64,000 bases of DNA from Antedon mediterranea (lineage: Eukaryota > Animalia > Echinodermata): NCBI RefSeq assembly GCF_964355755.1, contig NC_092671.1:3596001-3660000 (forward strand), given 5' to 3'. How positions within the stretch are numbered: the stretch's first letter is position 1; every line of letters begins with the position of its first letter. The notes beneath the pieces were generated by a model. That model worked only from the letters and a program-made list of their open reading frames with translations. It was not told the DNA's origin and ran no database searches. Of the stretch, positions 37,136-50,610 are shown one piece after another. Made by a program: the position numbers and the translations under genes.

Positions 37136-39660
37136 TGATCACGAAAGAATGGGTGAAAGTGATGTGTATGTTGAATCATTTGGCAAAGTCTGATGAAATA
37201 CACCAATCCTCTATTTTTATTTATTTTCCTTTCATGAATTATACCCCTAACATCTACTCTACCTCTCTGTGTTGTGTTTATATGAGTGCAATTTTGTTGC
37301 CGTTTTCCTTCCAAAATACCAAAGGATTTACTGTTTCTTCTTTCTGGATTATTTCTCTTCAATAATACCGACGAAGTAGTTTACAAATTTAATCCGGAAT
37401 ATGTGCGGTTGCAAGGTACGCTGGATACGTCTTCATAGCATGTTGCTTTGATTTGAGCTCGTGGTAATCCAATTTCCATTAATCGAAATTTATTTGTCGA
37501 CCATGTCAGATTAGAACTCCCAGGTCCCATCACAATACATGATTTATTTATAATAAAATGGTATGAATCAAAATTCATAATCTATTTATATCGCCTTTGA
37601 TCCGTTGTATTATAAACGTTTAAAATGATGTCCAGTTGTACAATGGTACAGTCCAAAACTGAATGTATCTTCTAACCGCCGATAGTATGGTTTAATGAGT
37701 TCATTTAGGTCGGGTTGAATAGTCGTCTCTGCACGTACGGTAGTGGTTGGTTGGCGTTGTATTGGCGCATTGTTCAATATAGTTGATGCATTGAGGGATT
37801 TTTTTTGTCTGTCGAAAGCTAGTCATCGTCATCACCGAACCGCAGTAAACATTTAGTATTATTTTGTACCTAATGGACGAATCAGCGATAAGGAGGCGAG
37901 GCTTATCTGACTGATAAAAGTTTTAACAGATCTATCTTCACCAAAATCCAGGATTTCATTAACCAGCAATTGTGGAACACACACGTTTTTCAAGTTATTG
38001 ATAACATACCAATCTTACAATGGGCTATATTCGACTTGTAACCTGGTTTATATTTGCTTTTATATTCGCCGCAAATGGTTTAGAGAAAAGCGGTAAGATG
38101 TGATCTCTTTTTACTTTTATAAAGTTTTCCTACTAGGCAATTCTTGGCACACTTTGTCGGTTACATTACAAAAAGGGAAAAGTTGACACGCTACAATATA
38201 CTTTATCAACGTTTAGATCCGTGTCTCAAAGTTTTAAGTGTGTGGTGTAGATATTATTTAGATTATTTTACTGTAAATAATAATGTTTGCAAATATTAAT
38301 ACATTCTGTTATTTTGCGTTTTAACTAATACCATCTGCGTAAGGAGGAACTTACTCCTTGTGCTATAACTTTATACATTTTAAATGTTCTCACCAATTTA
38401 GCAGTAACAATAGAGCATTCGAGTTAAACTAGTGTGTAGTTTGTGAGCACTTAATTCCTGGGATAACAATGCATTGGGACAACATTAGTCGATTATTCAG
38501 TAATTCCTATTTAGGTAACAAAAGAAGTCCTTAGTCTTCGAAGGGTTCTTTTGCCTTGAAAATCTATTATTCTATTGAATACTCGTTCAAAACAATTCTT
38601 TTTTTTGTCACTCATTTAAGGCCAGGACTTATTATTTCTGTTCTCTACATGATTTAAGAGCACGTAAAACTCACCGAGTGTTGTTATTTCTGTACTTGTA
38701 GACTGTTAATTGTAATCGTAAATTATTTTCAATTGAATTCGGATCATTGTACTATATGTGTATATCAATTTGATATTTCTGATACTCAAACTTGTTGTTG
38801 TAGATTGCTGTACAAATTGTTGTTACAATGTTATTTTTCAAAAAGGGTGTCAGAAATATTTAAAGATTAAAGTATTGAAGTTAAACGTATTTATGTTGAT
38901 ACAGTGATCTTGAACTAAGTTATTAATATTAGGAAAGTCAATACAGGTTCAATAGTTAGTTCAACGGACGTCCAATTTTTGTGACGTAGCATTCTACGTG
39001 CTATAAATAAGTATATCACCCCTACAAAGGAAAACTAAGTCAAGACTACCGTACTATTCCCAAGAGTGAATCCATACGGTATATATTTCTTGCGTAGTTT
39101 TAGGTTATTGAAAATATATTTTTTTTGTTAAATATTCCTCATTCATAGCTTATAGAAGAATACAAAAAAAGTAACTGTAGTTAAATTCTCGTTTTGTTAA
39201 ACAAATAATAAAAGTGGTTGAACTTCTTCTTTACCCCAAGGCAATGCAGGTATGTATAGAATTAAACGCGTTAAATATCAGTTCACCTGTTTTGTGTTTT
39301 AATAATCAGTCTCATGATAAAGTATCATATTAAATCAATGAATATTCCTCTAATTAAAGACCGTTTGAGGTTCACTACCATGCAAGGAATAACCTTAACA
39401 CATTAAAACAAGTGTTAGTATTGTATTAAATAAATACCTACCTCCATCTGTAGAACAGTGGGAGGATAGTGACAAATTATTAATTCTCAATATGCTCTAA
39501 GCTCTGTTTCTAATTAAGGACCGTTTTGTGATTTACTGTCCTCTTTAGTGTGCTAAGCCAACCTACTTTACAATCATAAATATTAGTCTGCTATAGTGTG
39601 TATTGTTGTCTTTGGTATTTATTTTTTATGAGGTAGTTAGTTAGTATTGATCGGTTACAG

Positions 39661-39879
39661 CAGTAGAACCTCTGGATGTCCCATGAACATTGGTTTACTA
39701 TAGCATTAAAACATATACATTTTTCCCATGTGAAGTGTCCTTTATAACAAGGGTGTTCCCTGAATATAGGCGCTGACCACAGTGACAATATTGCTTCTCT
39801 TTAACTCTTGGGAAAATGTCATCTTAGTAGCCCAGGGTGTCTCCAATGTATGTCCTCTCGAAGGAGGATTTTAACTGTA
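39661..39879. mobile_element. Degenerate Tc1/mariner-pogo-like MITE (family C)
   Basis: CAGTAGAACCTC ... GAGGATTTTAACTG(TA) ends with GTGTCC motifs; related GGGACAC/GTGTCCC remnants near 18985, 49420, 57870, 61630, 62950 and 63820. Confidence 0.5.
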
Positions 39880-41390
39880 TTCGGCTATATGGTTATGATG
39901 GATAGATACTGTACAAATACATGTCAAAATAGTCGAATATAGAATTAAGGTATTGAATAGTATTTGTGTATGTTAGAAAATAAATTATTGTAATTTATCC
40001 CCTTCTGTTGTAATCTATCAATGATATTCGTCAAATAATAGTAATAATTTTATGCATGAAGGTCACTTGAAATTACAAGCGTGTCAATCGGTATATTAAA
40101 CTCTCACAAAACTTCTTGTCAATTATCTTTTAGGGTTTTTTGTTGTTGCTGCATCAGATATTATCAGTTTGGCAGCTTTGTTGGAACATTGTCAAAACGG
40201 GCCAATTTCATCTCCCCTTCAATTATTTTTTTTAAACAGTATATTTCATCTTGTCGATTATCATTAAATCAAGGCTGTTATGGATGGCGTTATCTACCAA
40301 ATCAATCTATCCTTAGTATCTTTTATGAATACAAACAATAGCAGGCATATATGCCAATTGAAGACGCTCTAATTTTAGTTACAACACTTAAACGCTAACC
40401 TCTTTCTGGAAAAACTCAATTATAACCAGGTAATTTATTATCTAAATATTATTACCGAAAATGTATGTTAAGTCGGCATATATTATTGAAGTTATGACGT
40501 CATTGTAACATGTGTGACTGTATGTTTATTATATGTTTTACTGACACAACATGACACTCAATTATAGGTGTAATTCATTGGCTAATAAACATGTTAATTC
40601 TTCCCGGAAGTTCGTCGTCAACTCCTGTACTATATCCTCTATTCGTTTTAAAGAACCAACAAAAAAAAACACTAAAAAAGTATAATAATCTAAGTTCATT
40701 GGTAATGAAAGATATTGAATTCTACAAAACGTTACATAAATCAAAATACTTTGCAAAAAGGAAGAAAAATATGATATAAATAACCTTTAAAATTAGTCAA
40801 TAATTTCAGTAATTCATAATAACAATGTAATTGCTTCAGCCAACCCCCACAGACCATAACAAATATTTGTGTTCAACATGGGTTTAACATACCACACACT
40901 TTTTAGTTTGTGGGTAGGTTAAACATAATTAAATGTAAATAGATTCTGAATACATGGCAGACACGGAACTGACACCATTGTTAAAATCTCTGTGTTGTTT
41001 CTATTGTGTCTATTTGTCAAAAGACTGTGTCATCACTTTTAATGGATTTGCTATTAATTCAATTTGACATTTATTTTCTTTTGTTAAGACTTCAGTTAAT
41101 AATTGAGTACACAATGTGATGTTCAGTTTGATTGATGTAAAGTATAACAAATTATCAGTTAAAGAATGATATCGATCGTGTTTTCGATGATCGGGGAAAA
41201 AATCCCCTACAAAACGCAGTCAGTGTGACGTGTAATGATACGCGAAGTCTTCGAGAGATGAAAATATATAAATATATATATATACAAATACAAATATATA
41301 AATCATACTGTAAATTATAGAAACAGTGCTCATATTCGGAACATGAACTCATGATCGCGTCGAGCAGAGCTCATTGTATGAAAAAAATGT

Positions 41391-41495
41391 ATCTGGCGGG
41401 ATTCGAACCTGCAACCGCTCGCTTACAGGGCGAGTATTCTGTTTCTATAATTTACAGTATAATTTATATTATAATTTACACAGTGCTACGCAACA
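41391..41495 (-). pseudogene. Interrupted tRNA-derived sequence (Thr-like), probably SINE head
   Basis: Minus strand: TAGCACTGTG, AT-rich insertion, then CTCGC-CCTGTAA-GCGAG arm and GCAGGTTCGAATCCCGC T-arm/B box. Confidence 0.55.
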
Positions 41496-44400
41496 CAATT
41501 GATTTATATATACAAATATAATTATATTCATACAACTTATTATACTAGTTATGTAATTAACATAGAATTATGTATAGTAATTAATCGTTTCCTCAATAGC
41601 AATATTTGAGTAAACAGTATATATACAACCGATTTAACGAGTATGTGTAGATTAATTACCCATTGCTTAATTGACTACCAACCCTTATTAAATATCAACA
41701 AAGTATCCCCTTAGTATAGGGTGTCTACTTGTTGGCCGTAGTGTAAAGCTTTGATTAGCTAGAGCACACCTTATCGTCATTTTTCAATTACGTTGTTAAA
41801 AAGATGTTAAAACATGTAATTTTCCCCAGTTTCACGGGACTGTACCAAAGGGTGTTCTCTGAATAGTAAAGGTGTGCATAAGAGGTTATAGACCTAGTTA
41901 CATGAATTTGGATCATTTGAAAACTTCACTAGGATGTGATCACAATGAGTTCGTTGTAAGACTTCCTACACACGACGATTCCCCGAAGGGCTCACGTATG
42001 ACAAGGAAATGTAAATGAACTTAAAATAGGCATCGGTCGTTAGCCGTAAGGAGGTTTACATACTTACTCAACTTAAACATGTGTGACTTGGCATTGAATA
42101 ATTATTACAGTAATTATCTTAACATTATTACTTACACTATATTTTATTTTTGCTATGGTGTTTGGTCCTAATCGAATCAACTAGCCCTATTTGTTTCCTA
42201 TTCCAACACGAAGGATCGTCATCCGGGGCTTTGTACTAGGCATCTCTTCAGGAAATGCAAGCTTGATTGCGCATGTCTTTAGAGACTTTGCATCAGATGG
42301 AAATAGTTTTCCGTCTCAATATTTTATTAAAGGTGTAATTGGAACCATTTTGTTAGTATTTCGAACATATCCGAATTTGATGTGATTACTTAGGATAGTT
42401 TTTGAACTGTGGAAACTTGATGTATGACACTTACTGTATGAATACTATGACACATACGATTAAGGGCAAACATACTACTATATGTGATTTAATCTATTGT
42501 ATTTGTATAAACTTTACTGCATACTTTATAACGTGGAGAATGAATGAAAGAGCAATGTATAACAAAAGCAACATACTGCACTTACCGCTGACAAATTATT
42601 TATCAATCTAAATTTATGAATGATTGTAGTTGACATTTTGTGTGTTTAACTTATTATAAGGTCATTGTTTTCTCCCTACGTCACATTGGGGTGGAGAAGG
42701 TTTATAAAACAACCTGTAATTAAATTTGAAAGCCCTGTCAACGATTAGCGACTTAATTAACGCGTTCCCTTGTCGGCGCGAGTGACACAACTTCACTTCT
42801 CCCAACACGTGTACCATGATCGTGCAATTTTATAAAAATTACATGAGCGAATGTTTATGATTAGTTGGGCAATTTTTATGTGTGAGAGAATATTAACAGA
42901 TTTAGTAATGTTTTGATGGAAAATAATAGAGTCCTTGGCCCAGATTTATTGATACATATTGTTCTGAAGATAACCAGATATCTTCAACACTAAACTTGAA
43001 AAGAATCTACTTCTGAAAGTGACAAACACTATAATTGCTGGTTTCAATCTCAATTTACATATGCGCATAACGTAACGTTTCTATTTTTTATGCTTTCTAT
43101 TATAACTGATTTTCTGATGGTGTTATCTGTGATATCTTTCGTTCCTGAAAATAAAAAGAATTTTACGTTCAGATAAGTGGCTTTGTGTTTTATTGTGTGA
43201 TACCACGCTATCTGTAATGTATATCTTTCCTTTCTTTATTAAAAGAATGTGTAATCTGTCAAGCGTTATCTTGTCTCTTGTTAACGCGATAACTTGTTTC
43301 AAGATCTACGATTTAATCTTTCACTCATTATTATTTTGAATTAAACGAATTCGTTTTTAATATCTTGTCTGCTTATTGTTGTTTAAGATTGATACCCTAT
43401 CTTGATTAAAATCTAAATAGTTCGTTTTGAAAGAAAGTGCGCAGTTATTATTTAGGATAAAAACACATTGTAGCTTAAACCACGTACATACAAATTACAG
43501 AACCTACCTGAATCATATCAAAATAATCCATCTCTTGGTTTTGCATATTCATCGTTTTAAAATCAAAAGGTCAAACGGTTAAGTGCATCCCTGTAATTTT
43601 AATAATTTAAAAAAAAGACAAATAAATTATTAAACCATGTGTCTAATGACGCACCCATTCAATCTTGGCGAATTCCTTGTACACCTCAACAGTAATTAAA
43701 TTTCACTCTGGCTTGGAGTTAATAATTAATCTAATTCAGACCTTCAATCACAAAGAGTTAACTGCCGGATGGTCAATATGATTTAATTCAATGTATAGAG
43801 TAGATTTGATCAGAAATGTAAGGCTTGAATTGTAGTAAAGGTCTTGAACAGCAATGTGGACCATTAAAGGACCCTTAAAGACGAATAAAATAAACGTCTT
43901 TGAATACGTCTGTAACATTATACAATGTTCATAAAACGTCAATTTAAAACGCGGATGTGTCGACATCGTTTTCTTAAAACGTCCAAAAACATAGAAATTA
44001 GTTTGTAGAATGTTCATAAAACGTGTTTGCTCTATATAGGCATGTATTGAAAGTTGAAGGAATAAAAAAAACATTGTCCATTGCCAGTTATAATTGTCAT
44101 GGCATATATTATAGCTCGTATTATACTGATGAATGGATGGTTCAAACTAGAGCACAACTTCAATGTGAACAAACCGCTTTCAACAACGGTCCAGTAGCAC
44201 TATCCCAACCTTGGTGAAATGTTGCTGGTAGGGTTTTAAATAAATTATAATTGAACAATATCGTCAAGTGTAAAAATTGTGTGTGAGAGGTGAAAATTCA
44301 CTGACCATGCTGAGTTCAAGTATTTCTGCAGGACATCTTGTTATGAATTATTAATACGACTATTAAATAATTATCAAATGATGGATGATTAGAATAAAAA

Positions 44401-45818
44401 ATTAACCCGAGAGACGTGCCCGGCAATGAACTGTACCATCACCCTATGAATGATCGTAGTTATTTCCAGTGTATTTTATTTAAATTATATGAAACTAGTT
44501 TGACCAGAAAAGTGTGATGTGCCCAAATATGGTAGTAATATGACATCATCGTGTCTATATATGGGCACATCACATTTGTTGTCACATAAAGTTTGATAGT
44601 GACAAAGCTTTAGGCCACCCATGTTGGTTTGCAGGTTTGTTGGTTAAAAGTTAAAAAAATGGTTGTACAATAATGAGTATATAGAATGTTTTGGAATAAC
44701 TTTTTACAAAAGCAAGGACTGTGATCCACACTAGTTAGAAGTGTTCTCCAGTGTGAACCATCCGTCACATGGATGGGTCTCATGGGACAACACTTCCAGA
44801 TCTTTCAAGATTTTTCAATAATATAACAAGTGATGTAAAATCGTTTTAGTTGGGTTTTTTTTTACCAATTTATGACAACAAATGTTATTTCCTGAAATGT
44901 AATATTATAATAAGTGCAGAATACCGACATACTACACTATCATGAGTGAGATTAAGAAACACAAGATTAAACACATCGCTTTCCTTATTCAGACGACAGT
45001 TGTACGAGTTCACCAAAACTATACATATGATTATAATTGTATCCGGTATTAGAAATTAAAAATTATATAGTTAAACTTCCGCATTTTTTCTATAATTGTT
45101 CATTTTTATAGTTTGTAGGCATATCGTCCTGTCAAATCGTTTTAACAAAACATATTTAGTAAATGGATTGACACGGTATAAGTTGTAATCTCTGCATTGT
45201 GCAAACAAGTTTAAAAGGTGTGAATTCAATCATGCCCTTATATTGGGTTAAACATTCTGTTATTATTACTTAATACTGAGTATGACAAGTTGGACCACCA
45301 ATGGAATGCGCACTTTCTGTATAATTGTATTAATTAGAAGTACATTGCCTCGGCTTAGAATTAACAATCAGTAAATGCTGGTCGTGGGAAGACACTTTTA
45401 GTCTGATCTGTTCACCGGGTCACGTCATTTACGAGGATTTACTCGATAATGGACTATTTTACAACAAAAGTTTAAATGAGAACTACAAGGCATAACGAGT
45501 TTGTCTTTTGGGTATTTAGTCTCATAGAGTTCCTAAAAGGTGTGTCTGTGGTTTTTTTGTGTTCCGACAAGCACAACTAAACCACTTCAAATCCTTCCAA
45601 AATGTCGAACTTTATACTGAATATGATACTACTTTTAAACGATTGATATTCTATTGAAGATGTTTTCTTTAACTAATAGTTGGATTATTTATTTGAACTT
45701 TTTTTGACACTTTTAGGTGTCAGTCTATATATGTAAACTATTAAGATGATTTCCGATGAGATCTACCGCTGGATATAAAATTCAATAGATGGTGACCTTT
45801 CACCTTGTTACAAATTCG

Positions 45819-46415
45819 TTTTCGTTCCAGTTGACTTCTTGAATACAGGTGACCAGTAAAGGACAGTTAAGTCTCCCACCTGAGCTTTACTGTACACCTG
45901 TGTATTACTTTGTCGCGCCGTCGCTCATTGGTTAACAGTTTAACTCCCAATACCAATTCCAGTTGAATAATAGGTGACCAGTAAAGGACAGTTTGTCAAC
46001 TGGGTATTACTCTTCGTCTGTTGATTAATAGTTTAACTTCGAATACCAATATGTTTTCGTTCCAATTGACTACAAGAAGTGACCAGTAAATAGCTTTACT
46101 GATTTGTTGTCACTTGTGTATTACTTTGTCGGTCCGTCGTTTATAGGTTATTAGTGTAACTCCAAGTTTCAATGTGTTCCACTTAACTACATGCGACCAG
46201 TAAAAAACGTAAATTCTCCCATCTGACTTTGTTCACCCGAGTATTGTCATGCAGTGGTTTATTGGTTAATAGTAACCGTCAATACATATATTTTTTCGTT
46301 CCAGTTGACTACAAATGACCAGTTAAAGACGGTAAAGTCTCCACCTGTGTTTTACACCTGGGTATTATTGGGTCCCGCCGTTGTTAATGGTTAATAACTG
46401 CAACTCATAATGCCA
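45819..46415. repeat. Five degenerate tandem units of 105-125 bp
   Basis: (G)TGACCAGTAAA anchors at 45849, 45974, 46079, 46193, 46315 with shared TTCCAGTTGAC and GTATTA..TTGGTTAA motifs. Confidence 0.85.
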
Positions 46416-46740
46416 TCATGGAATAATTGTTATTTTTAACTTACCACTATTTTTGAGAAAAAAACCTGCTGTTACCCTTTACCCTACTTAACAAAACATG
46501 TTTTGCCTTTAAGCCACATACGTATGTGGTGTTTTTCTTGTAATGTAGTAAAACTGGTTTCCTGTCCGGAAACAAAAATCGCCTCCAAAGCCAATGGTTT
46601 ATACTTTTTAACATTTAGAATAGCCAAGTGATCTCGAGGCGTTGGATTAAAATAACAAAAAAGGAGGTTTTGGTATAAACCATTTCGTTTAGCCACATAA
46701 TTATTGCAATAATAGAAGAGGTCTACATGTTTGTTGATAC

Positions 46741-47010
46741 ATTTATTTATTTATTTGAGACACTTCACCTTTTGGAACTGTGGCACTTACAAAAAACTGT
46801 GGCGCGGTCATACAAATATAACAAACTACACTAAAAACAATAACTATAAGGTAATACAATAGTAAGTACCGAGCTCTAAAAAGGCTAAAATAGAACACCA
46901 TACCCCCCCCCCCCCACACGCAATCTCTAATTAGTTCTTTCTAACTTTTCTAAGAAATCTTTTCTTGAAAAGTTGATTCCAGCTCTGAGTCTAATGACGT
47001 CGCGCCATGT
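46741..47010 (-). mobile_element. LINE 3' end remnant
   Basis: Minus-strand SWNQL remnant, short UTR and (AAAT)n tail. Confidence 0.4.
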
Positions 47011-47272
47011 ATGCCAAAATTTAAACAAAAAAATATTTTGCAATAGCTGCAGTGACTAAGAGCTAAGCTGCTAAAAATATCAAGACATTTAGAATATCAT
47101 TAAACAATAATTAAATTTGTTACAGCTATTAAAAAAATGGAAAAAAATAAAGCAAAAAATAATGGTTTTAGCTTTGATGAGTCATGGTGTACTGAAAATG
47201 TAATAATGTTCCTATAACAATGCATTATTTCAATAAGTATATTTGTAATGTCTTACTTTTTTTTAACAATAG

Positions 47273-47596
47273 AAAATGGAGTTTGCACCGTGTATGGCGA
47301 CCCACATTACCAGACATTCGATCTGAAATCCTACAGCTTCCAAGGAAATTGCAAATATATGTTAGCAAAAGACTGTGTGGACAAAAGCTTTGCTGTCAAA
47401 GTTAAAAACGATGACCGCAACACTGGACTTTATTCTTGGACAAAACAAGTTTTCTTTAACGTCGGAGATTTCAATATTGTTTTGCTTCCTTACTACAAAG
47501 TTAAAGTGAATGGGCAACTGATATCATTGCCTTACAGTATACGTGGGGTCGATATTTCTAAAGAAAACACACTTATTACCGTTAAAACCGATATTG
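47273..47596 (+). CDS. BMPER: BMPER exon 10 in window (VWD N-part with GDPH)
   Basis: aacaatag acceptor, G|gtaaga donor; (K)NGVCTVYGDPHYQTFDLKSYSFQGNCKYMLAKDC...SWTK...VKTDI; 324 nt, phase 1 to 1. Confidence 0.95.
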
Positions 47597-47969
47597 GTAA
47601 GACATGTTCGTTGTTACTCTACGTCATCATTACCCTCATCGTCATTATCGTCATCGCATAATTAACATCATCACAATTCATAATAAATCATCTTTATCTA
47701 AAACCACCATGTTTATAATTATATTCAATATTATTTATCAGGAAAATTGATTTAAAATGATTCGGATTTGCAGTAATTGGATATCGATCCGAAATCTAAG
47801 TAAAAACATAGTCTTACTGCATGATGTCATACCCCATATTATGAATATATGTATCAATAGGTTTTTGTGTATTTTTGCTACATCTAGCGAAAATGTCCCC
47901 AGCTCCATAACATTTCATTTACATTTGCATTACTTTTATATGAATATTCATTATTTATTATTTGTATAG

Positions 47970-48318
47970 GTGTTTACGTGTCTTGGGATGGAGACAGTTT
48001 TGCCGAAGTTGAGGTTGACACGTCTTTTAAGGGCAAGTTATGTGGTCTTTGCGGTAACTACAACGATGATGGAAGTGACGACTTCACCTCACCAGACGGT
48101 CGGATTATCCACAGAACAAACGATTTTGTCAAAACGTGGCAAGTAGGCAAGAATAGTTGTGAGAAGAAGCAGAAGGATGAGCCGCCGAAAACGATGAATT
48201 TCCCATGTCAGGCAGTGAGTTCGGAAAAACGAATGAAGGCTCATATGATGTGCAAAGTTTTAAAATCAGACAGTTTCAAGGCGTGTCGAGAAGAAATTGA
48301 TTATATGAACTACCATAG
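47970..48318 (+). CDS. BMPER: BMPER exon 11 in window (VWD C-part, start of C8)
   Basis: gtatag acceptor, AG|gtatgt donor; (G)VYVSWDGDSFAEV...KGKLCGLCGNYN...AHMMCKVLKSDSFKACREEIDYMNYH; 349 nt, phase 1 to 2. Confidence 0.95.
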
Positions 48319-49999
48319 GTATGTACTGTTCATTGGAAACTAGCCAGTTGGCGTCCTACCATCTGACATGGCTTCATCATTTGGCATGTCTCTATATCTA
48401 GGCCTAGAAATAAAGATAAAAAAGACAAAACCCCTACAGAAAAATCTAAAGCCTAAACAGAACACCTACATTACTTAAGAGACAACCTTATTTACTTATA
48501 TGGGGTTATTATGTTTCCTACTCAGACAAGAACTTTAATACACACTTCATTTTGACCCAAATAGCTGCCCATACATCCACACTTATTGCACTCACAACAT
48601 TTTCTTTATTTTGAAATTTTGTTTCAGAAATCATGAATAATTCATGAGATTTATCCTTTTTTTAACCAGATAGGAGAAAAAAATAACGCGTCCTGGCAAC
48701 ATTCCAAACACTTACAGTATTTCACGTACAATTGTAGTACTGTAGTATTATTGGTTTATGAATAATTGTCTTGTATAATATTTTAACCCAATGACCCACC
48801 AATCTTCTTCTATCTCAAAGCTTTTACTTAATAATGATCACACTGTTACGCAAACAAAATGTAAATTTTATTACTACCGGTGTTGCGGCATCTATTACTA
48901 TTTGAAAACAATCCAAGACAAATTCCGAGTGTATTATTGACCTGGATCTATTATGAGTGACCTTAACTTTTATAGCTATTTACACGACAGATCAATAACC
49001 GTAAACTTTAAACTCATCAAAATACACGTTTTCGTTACAAATATCGTTTTGTATTTTCTATTTACCTTAATTGTTATACTTAACAATGCGTTAACCGTTT
49101 GGTACTTAAAGTTTGAAACTTTTTATTAGGGTTTTATTATCGTCGCACCCGTAGCTGGAATATTTGTGTTCATCTCGTGGGAACTAGACGTATGCATATT
49201 TTATCACTGGGTGTAATAATAAGCATACATCTCAATGTGAACATTGCTTTGTTAGCAAAGCATTACTTAAAAATATATTATCGTCAATTATGGGAAATTG
49301 ACAGAGAAAGATCTCTTTGTTAAAACACAGAATGCTAAAGGCTCTTTCACTTGTAAATTCATTCATTTGTAAATGGAGAATAAGCCGCGCCAATCTATCT
49401 ACAATATAACCCCTACTAAAGGGACACAATCGGGACCAAACGTGCCCCTTAATTAGGGTGTCCCATGAATAGAGGTTGGCCGTAAAACACATTATTTCAT
49501 CTCGTTTATTTTATGAGATAGTATCTTCTCAACATGGATGTCCTCCAAATAGGTTTAGCCGCGCAAACTACGGTTTACAAGAGCAATAGTTTTTTTACCG
49601 AAAAATACCTCGAGTTTCAGGAGAAAATGTAAATGCAGTATGTTATTAATTCTAAAATAAAAACTGGACTTATTTAAACTTACTATTCAGTAACAGACAA
49701 TGATCTAATTCCCCCTTCTCCTAAATCTCCACACTAAAATAAAATTGACAAGTTTCATTTTTGAGATAACATTATAACACTAAACTAATTCTTTCATGAT
49801 TTCGATCTAGCGATAAATGTTCCTCGTTCAAGGCCACTATATTTAGGTATTTTATTGCCAAATTTGCCAAACGTAAACTTTTACGAGACTGTAACCTCCC
49901 TGTAACCTAAATGTTTACTGCGATAAGTTACTCAATCCTAATACAGAATTATTCAATTTAAAAGTAATAATGCTTTTATGAGGTTTATGTGGGCCTAAT

Positions 50000-50175
50000 A
50001 GTCATCACCACCAACATCATTCCAATCATTGTCAGCCCCCGGTAAGAGCCTCCCAAGCTGAGCCCATCATTTCCTGTTCTATGCAACTCATTAAGTACGT
50101 AAATTGCAGCATTTTCATTCCTTCATCAAATGTTTGGTCTAACTCGGTCTCGTGTGGCTGTCTTGGAGTCCCTTA
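50000..50175 (-). mobile_element. Decayed RTE-like LINE 3' end
   Basis: Minus A*NRK*WAQLG resembles RTE AQDR..W..LGEA, followed by a (TGA/TGG)-rich tail. Confidence 0.35.
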
Positions 50176-50539
50176 ATAAAAATATTAACATATTTTGTCA
50201 CCCGTTTAAAATACATATTCAAGGAAAATTAATGAATGCATGCAGTTTATGATAATGTAAATTGTCCTTCGTTTAAACAACATTAAAAATTACGGAATCA
50301 TGAAACGGAAGCTGGCTAAGCTTGTCAAACAAAACTTAATTTTTGTCGTCAGCTTGATAGTTTTAAAATATAATAAATCATATTATTCAGCTGTTGCTAT
50401 TTATTAAATTTATAACTTTCAAGGACGTAAAAAGTTAAAATGTTGAACAGTTCAATTTCATCATAGGCCCAAAACAACAAGCCACTCCCCTTTATAACAA
50501 AAAATCAACAATCACCCTTATCCTCACATCATAGTCAAA

Positions 50540-50610
50540 ACACACACACACACACACACACAAACAAACAAAAAAAAAAACAAAAGGAAAAAGGAAAGAA
50601 AGAAAGGATT
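50540..50610. repeat. (CA)n microsatellite plus A-rich simple repeat
   Basis: About 11 CA units followed by AAAC/A/GAAA runs. Confidence 0.95.

Noticed and set aside
37500-37540. MGPGSSNL as a parvoviral PLA2 calcium loop
   Set aside because: No downstream HDxxY catalytic motif; similarity too short
48350-48365. GGCGTC-N5-ATCTG as a BMP-responsive Smad element
   Set aside because: Mismatch in the required GTCT half-site; expected by chance in 64 kb
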